Assembly (NCBI RefSeq): GCF_009914755.1
Contig: NC_060926.1
Origin: the human T2T-CHM13v2.0 reference genome, Homo sapiens
DNA: 64,000 nucleotides
Direction: 5' to 3' (one strand)
A program made the translations under genes and the position numbers. Within the stretch, counting starts at the first letter, position 1, and every line of letters begins with the position of its first letter. Below, piece after piece: positions 56,802 through 64,000 of this stretch. Below the pieces are notes generated by a model that worked only from the letters and a program-made list of their open reading frames with translations, did no database searches and was not told the origin of the DNA.

Positions 56802-59019
56802 AAAAAGAAAAATGATAAGCATTTGGAACCAGTATTAGTGGTGTAGTAAATTTCCAGTGAGGTGCATGAAGTGGACCTTTTTGAACCTGAAAACATCCCC
56901 CTTCATGTAATATGAGATAAGAAGACCAGCCTGTTACAAGCAGCAATAGTCGCTTGTGCATATATCCTGGATAATCAGAAAAGGAACAGTCATTAGAGAC
57001 CAAATTGTGGTCACCCTTATTTCAATCTGGGAATCATACAACTTCAACCAATTAGGTGAAATTTATTAACTGAAATAATGAGTAATGAGAACACATAAAT
57101 TGAAGTGACGTCCTAACAATGGTAATTGTGTATCTCGTGCATGAATGATCACCCATTCAGCAGTTGACTAAATCTCTGGCCTCTTAATTTGACTGTGGGG
57201 ACAAGTAATTCACACGCCAGAAGGGTCATCCCAAAGGGTACCTTTCCCATCATAACACCACTTATCATGTGGACTTCATTCGACCCAGCTGAGAAGACTG
57301 CGAGCCACTTTCTTTCACTCTCACTTTATTCAATGACAAAACTCATCAATAACGCTTTGGATTTCTTGGCAGTCCCAGGGATCCCACTATTCTCTAGAAC
57401 AAATTAAGATGATTTCACCATGTGTGTGACATAGTCTGTTAATTGTGTGTCAGCTGCAAAACATTTTATATACGGAGAAAAGTACAGTATCTGAAAAAAT
57501 TACCACGTCATTTCTGGAATGGTGGTGTGGTTTATCAAGGCCAATGAGGCAGCTTCCAAGATCTGGATGTCACCCAGAAAGTCTCCTGTTCATATGATAA
57601 TCCTGGAAGGAAACTTCCTAGGTTTCATCTTAGAAGCATCTTACAAGTCTAGCACTGGGTAAGCGGAACAACTTAGCACTGTGTTAGGCATGGTGGGGAA
57701 TGTAATAGATTACGACATAATGTTTGTACCAAAAGCTCAACAGCTACCACTTCTTTGGTGCTTTAAGAACAGAGGCTTGTGGTGTGATCTCCGCCTATGA
57801 CTAATTGTTTCAACCCCTGTGCAAGAGCTTTAGCCTCTCGAGGTCTAAGGTTCCTTTTACTGCTGTGAGGATTAAAGTATGTTCATCATTTAATCCTTAG
57901 AATTTAGAATGGCACTAAGCACACTGTGAGACAGCCAAGTAAATGAATAAAGAATGGCAAAATGCACAAAGTATTTAGTATATTTATTACATATTAGTAG
58001 ATATCTGATAGGTGAACAGCTTATCCTTAAGTATCTTTTCTATACAATCTCACTTCATACTAAGCAATTACTATCCAAACTTCAGAATTTGCCCATTCCC
58101 CTACCTTCCTCCTCAAAACCTCTTTGCTGAGTAGCAGAAGTCTGGGAATTTCCTAATACTGAGGCAAAAATAAAGGGATGGGAATGTGTACAGAGTTGGC
58201 TTTTCTAGGCTCAAGGAGGTTTGGTGCTTGGTATTGGAAGTACTAGGAAGATGAAGTCCCTACTCAAGAGGCTTCAATCTTCACAGGGATATTTAGTAGG
58301 AAAATACAGATACTCTTTTCTCCACTATGGTGTCATTTAACCGTCTCATATGCCATGGGATGTTTGGTCATGGACTCCAGGATATCTGAATCATACAGAC
58401 GCACCAAGAGAAGTGCTTTTCTTTCCCAGGATTACAAGGGTTTTAGCCTCATTAATTTCAGGGCCCCCACCTGGCCAGCTTTATTCTCAACCAGACTTGC
58501 AGATTATTCATGACCTTCTCTTTTCATTTTCTCCTCAATTAAGGGTATTTAATTGTTATAGAATGGTGTTTTTGAGAAAGGATCATCTGTTTGCATGGGG
58601 AGGCACTGCCAGATGAGTCAAAGAAAGGACACTGCTATTCAGACTTCTGTGTCTTTTCTTAATTTTAGCCTACACATACAACACTTCAGATTTACATGTC
58701 CATGTGTTGTAACTGGGGCAATTCTGGAAGACTGAAATATTTCAGATTTACAGGAGTAAGTAGATCTTCATCAGAACCGACTCAGTCTTTGAAGATGAGA
58801 ATCAAAGATTCATGGGATGTAGCAGCTGAGATGTGTCAGACCCTATGTACCCCAGGCTGCCTGCCCTAATAATTTACCCCAGCATCCTCAGGACCACCTA
58901 TCCCTGAATCAAAGAGGGCTCAGCAGGGCAGGACGTTAGGGGCGCTTTTTCTTTTGAGAAGACGCGTCATCAAAAGTTTGGTGCTTATTACAGCTGTTAG
59001 GAGTTCTGCTTTCTTTGTA

Positions 59020-59200
59020 TCATTTCTTCATCCTCACATACCTATAAGGCAAGAACTATTATTGCCATTTAGAAATGAGGAATCACAGCTAAAAGAGGTT
59101 AAGCAACTTGTCCAAGGTCATATGCTGTAAATGAAAGCCTGGACTTGAATCTAGGCCTAACTACAAAGACAATGCTCTTAGCCACCAAGCTATACTGATT
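59020..59200 (-). mobile_element. MIR relic
   Basis: aaatgaggaatcacagctaaaagaggttaagcaacttgtccaaggtcata. Confidence 0.75.
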
Positions 59201-59567
59201 CCCCGCAGAAGCACAAGTAAACCCCAAAGTGGGCTCTGCTCAGTTCATAGCCATTCAGGCAGCCACGTGAGCAGAAGCCTCACAGCATGGCCCCATGGCT
59301 TCCAGGCAAGGTGCCCAGCTTTTCCTCTGAAATTGGTGCTGGCCCTGGAATTCTAGCTTGGTTCCTGGGCTCCCCATTCTGTGGCTGGAGTCCACTGTCA
59401 ACATGCCTGGCATCTAGCTGGTTGTCTGGTCCTTTGCAGGATGCCTATGCAACCATATCTATATAGTTCTGAGAATCTCAAATGCCTAGCAACTCTTCCT
59501 TCTGCCCTCTTGGATTGAATCCTTAGACTTCTCGCCAGGGTTTTTTTTTAGAGTTTACTTTGCCTCC

Positions 59568-59970
59568 TGATATGGTTTGGATCTGCGTCCCTGCTACATC
59601 TCATGTTGAAATGTAATCCCCAGTGTTGGAGCTGGAGGCTGGTGGGAGGTGTTTGAATCGGGGGTTATATCCATCATGCATGACTTAGTGCCATCCCCTT
59701 AGTGACAAGTGAGTTCACGTGAAATCTGGTTGTTTAAAAGTGTGTGGCACCTCCCACCTTCTCTCTTGCTCCTGCTCTTGCATTTGAGACACCTGCTCCT
59801 CCTTCACCTTCCATCATGATTGGAAGCTTCCTGAGGCCCTCACCAGCAGCTAATGCCAGCACCATGCTTCCTATACAGCCTGCAGAACCATGAACCAGTT
59901 ACACCTCTTTTCTTATAAATTACCTAGCGTCAGGTATTTCTTTATAGCAATGTAACAATGGCCTAATACA
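59568..59970 (+). mobile_element. MST (MaLR) solo LTR, MSTB-like
   Basis: tgatatggtttggatctg...gcctaataca with a near-perfect 5-bp TSD cctcc/cctct. Confidence 0.88.
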
Positions 59971-60863
59971 CCTCTAGCTTGGTGATAGGCAGTCTTCCAA
60001 GGGCAATGTTTTTCTGGCTTTGTCTCCCTCTTCTATGTATTATAAGGCACATAGAGCACTTAATCCAGTCTCCTCAAATGATGATTCAAAAACCGAAGTA
60101 AGAATCTTGACAGCCTTTTTCATTTTGGCAATAGGTGCCATAAACAAAGCTCATACACGTTTGTCTAACCTATAACACAAAGCCATCGGGTAGTTGCAGG
60201 AAATAGGCCAGAGGAGGAATTTGGGGGTAGAAAAAATGTTGAAGGTGGTCTAAGTCTGGAGCCTTTCTGAAGACAACAACATTTTCTAGCATCAGTCCCC
60301 TTAAATTATTTTACTTTCCTTTCAACACCCAATATTGTTATACCAGAGCCTATAAAACAGGACTTTTGGAATTCTTGAGTTCTCTGATTCCCAGAGAATT
60401 GCATGCCCTGACATTAAACTCATAAACCATTCACTATTAAGGCCATTTTTATTTCTAGAAATTACAGATGCCAAATGTAGTGAATGTGAAGGATTCATTT
60501 GTAAGTACCTATGAAGTGAGGTGTGGACAGTCAGGGGCTCAGACACATGCCAAGTTTCCCTGCAAGAAAATGTCTTCAGAATACATAAACCTTTGGAAAT
60601 GGAAGTTTATATTGAAAATGCTGACACCATCTTTATGTAGTTTCTTTAAGGCACAATTAGTTTCTTGCAGTTCATAAAAATATTGTAACCCGAATTACAA
60701 GTGTTAAGATATTGTACTTCTGAAGCCAGTTTTTTTTCTCAGAGAATTTTAAGAACTCACAAAATAATCAAATGGTTGTAGTAGGACCCAAGTTCAAAGG
60801 GGCAAGCCTCCCTCATCTTCAATGAGTTGATGCAGTATTGCTCTCAACAAATGTGAGTTCACA

Positions 60864-61377
<514 letters not shown>

Positions 61378-62986
61378 TCAAGGTATTAACAAATTCTCAC
61401 AGTTACCACCACCATCAAGACCCAGGCACCTCATGGGATGACTTAAGGCACTACTTCCCAGTCCTTTTAAAGTTGTATCACACATAGGAAATATACAGTT
61501 GGTTGAGGAAAACACCAGTCCCCAGGACAACTGGTCAACTGAGGGCTGAACAAGCTCCATCTCGGTACACCTGGAACCCATTCAGAGCAGTCTACAGCAG
61601 AATGGTAGAGAATCTCATAGAGAATGGAGTCCCCATTCTCTTTTACTGACACCTTGAATACATTCCCTTGCATATGTTTGGTATGCAAGGAGGAGACCTT
61701 TTCAGTCTCCTAGAAGCAAATACAGGACTTTCTACAAGGCTCTCCTTTTGGGGGAAGAATGTTAAGACTGCTTGGGGCAGAAATATTGTCTGGCACCAGA
61801 CTTCAGTAAAGAGGAAAGTTACTGTGTCTCAGAGGGACATAAGCAGCCAAGATGGGTGTGGTTCCTTGTGGGATGGTGGCAGAGAATTTTGAAGAAACAT
61901 TTCCACTGGGGATTTTCAAGTTGCTACCTTAGGGTGTGTGGCTGAAAATCCCCACTCATCTCACTAATGAGTGTTACCCTGCTGCTCCCTACTCCCAGCT
62001 GCCTCCGCTTCTGGCCTTAGTGTCTTCATTTGCAAATTAGATCCCACTATCTTCATTATAGGGGTGCTTTGAGGACTAGAAACAAAGCATGTGATAAGCC
62101 TGGCACAATGCTTGCAAGAGGCACACTGTTATAATTCAGAAAATGGCAACAGTTCTCAAAATAAATGTTATTAGACTGTAAGCATCGTGCAGGCATAACT
62201 GGATTTGATTCATCTCCTCCATTCTCCCATATAAGTGGCTCCTGCTCCATGATTGCTCTTATTCTACAGAATGGTAATTATACTTCCCAGGCGTCTGACT
62301 CTATCACCAGTGCTCAGCATCACACCTAACACATAGTCAGCCCTCACTGATGTGGAATGAATGAACAGGTGAATGAAAAACAATAAACCTTTAGAATGGT
62401 CTTCCTCATCGTTAATGGATGTGAACCTCTTCTTGTGAAATCACAATCTGCTTCTTTTTTGCTCTGACTTTAGCAACCAAAGCAAACAACTGACTCCCTT
62501 TTCTGTAGTTATTTTTCACATGAAGCCAGACTTCATTAATTTAGATGGCCACAGAGATAAGATCATTCAGAATTCCTGAATATTTTAATGATGGATTTCT
62601 TAGTACTTTAAAGTCCTTGGGACAAGAATGGATGACCAAGACAAAGGACAGCCAACAGTAGGCTGTTCTAACATCCTCCTCAGTCCCTGTGCCAGTACAT
62701 AGCATCACTGGGCCTGAAGGTCCCAGGTCTAGGAAGCTAGTGTGGCACAGTAACTCTGGCTCTCATCCCAAGGAATTCTAGATGCCAAGTGGAATGCTGC
62801 CATACTGTTTAACACCAGCATCCACAGTATTGTGAGAACTAAGTTCTTACTAAAGAGTCACGTTCCTGGGGCCATTTGTAGTGAATGAATGAGATTACTC
62901 ATTATATGAACTTCTTAATGCATTTAGCCAGAAAAGTGAGTTGCCCTCTTTTAAAGCAAATCACTCTGTTAACTTCATTGACTATT

Positions 62987-63373
62987 GCCTTAGTCCATGT
63001 TGCATTGCTATAAATGGGTACCTAAGACTGAATAACTTATAAAGAAAAGAGATATATTTCATAATTCTGCATGATGCTGACATCTGCTCAGCTTCTGGTA
63101 AGGCCTCAGGTAGCTTTTACTCATAATGGAAGGCAAGGGGGGCTGGTGTGTGTTACATGGTGAGAGAGGGGGGTGAGTGCCAGACTCTTTTAAACAACAG
63201 CTCTCGTGTGAACCAATACAGTGAGATCTCACACATTACTTCAAGGAGGGCACCAAGCCATTCATAAGGGATCCACTCCCATGACCCAAACACCCCCACC
63301 AGGTCCCACTTCCAACAATGGGGGTCACAATTCAACATGAGATTTGGAGGTGACAAATATCCAAACTATATAA
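62987..63373 (-). mobile_element. MST (MaLR) solo LTR
   Basis: ttagtccatgttgcattgctataaa...attcaacatgagatttggaggtgacaaatatccaaactata. Confidence 0.85.
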
Positions 63374-64000
63374 ACTATGCTTCTTCCAAACTTGTTTTAT
63401 ACCATATTCGTTCACATAGCAACATCATCTTTATAAATAGCTGCAAAGAAAAAAAGTTGATTTCCAGCACTATTTCAGTTAATATAAATTTCCAAGTGAG
63501 TAGGATATGAATTAGCAATGATCTGTGGTGTTTGGGAAATGCCACTAATTTGTTTCTCAGCCTTTTCTTCTGCAGATTCAAGTGTCTCCATCTTTTCTTA
63601 TGGATCCAATTTCACATATCTGTAATGGTTTGAATTTGTAACCTCAAAACTCTTGGTATTATTAACGTATCTGTCAAAAGAGATTATTATAGGCCAGGTT
63701 TAAGGAAACCTGACTTTAGTTCTAAGTTACTCTGAATATTCAGATAAATGAAGTGAGAAGACTATATGCTTCAGAGTTGGAAAGACTGAGCTCAAAGACC
63801 TGCTTGGCTACCTGCTTGCTGTGGGACAACAAGGGCTTTTTAGAACTATTCTGACTTAAATAGTCATAGCTCATTTTAAATAAGCCTGGCAGAGTGCTCA
63901 TTATAAAGCAGACACTCAATATATTTCTATAACCGGTTGTCAGGGAGAAGTGAGGGCCCCTGTAGGTACATAATACATATACTATCATGGAATCCAAGGG

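Overview
Primate (almost certainly human) genomic DNA, AT-rich and repeat-dense. The window lies inside the 3' part of NCKAP5 (NCK-associated protein 5), transcribed on the minus strand. Three coding exons (56100-56414, 53179-53315, 49990-50122; 315/137/133 nt) have GT-AG sites and splice in one frame into the NCKAP5 C-terminal peptide (...MRTLDSGIGTFPLPDSG...KVSSQKQNE...DKAPRMCTYS...LKSAAP). The terminal exon appears to lie left of the window, so 1-49989 is probably one large last intron. The rest is intronic sequence with about 14 Alus (many with target-site duplications, TSDs), L1 pieces, L2/MIR relics, ERVL/MaLR solo LTRs and MER DNA transposons. Nearly all other listed ORFs are repeat-derived or chance. 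I see no convincing new biological system. The best unexplained structures are two local templated duplications (about 140 and 200 bp) at mobile-element junctions, exon phases plus inverted Alus that would allow stop-free circRNAs, and candidate poison and antisense exons. Repeat subfamily names are from recognition by eye, and their boundaries are approximate.
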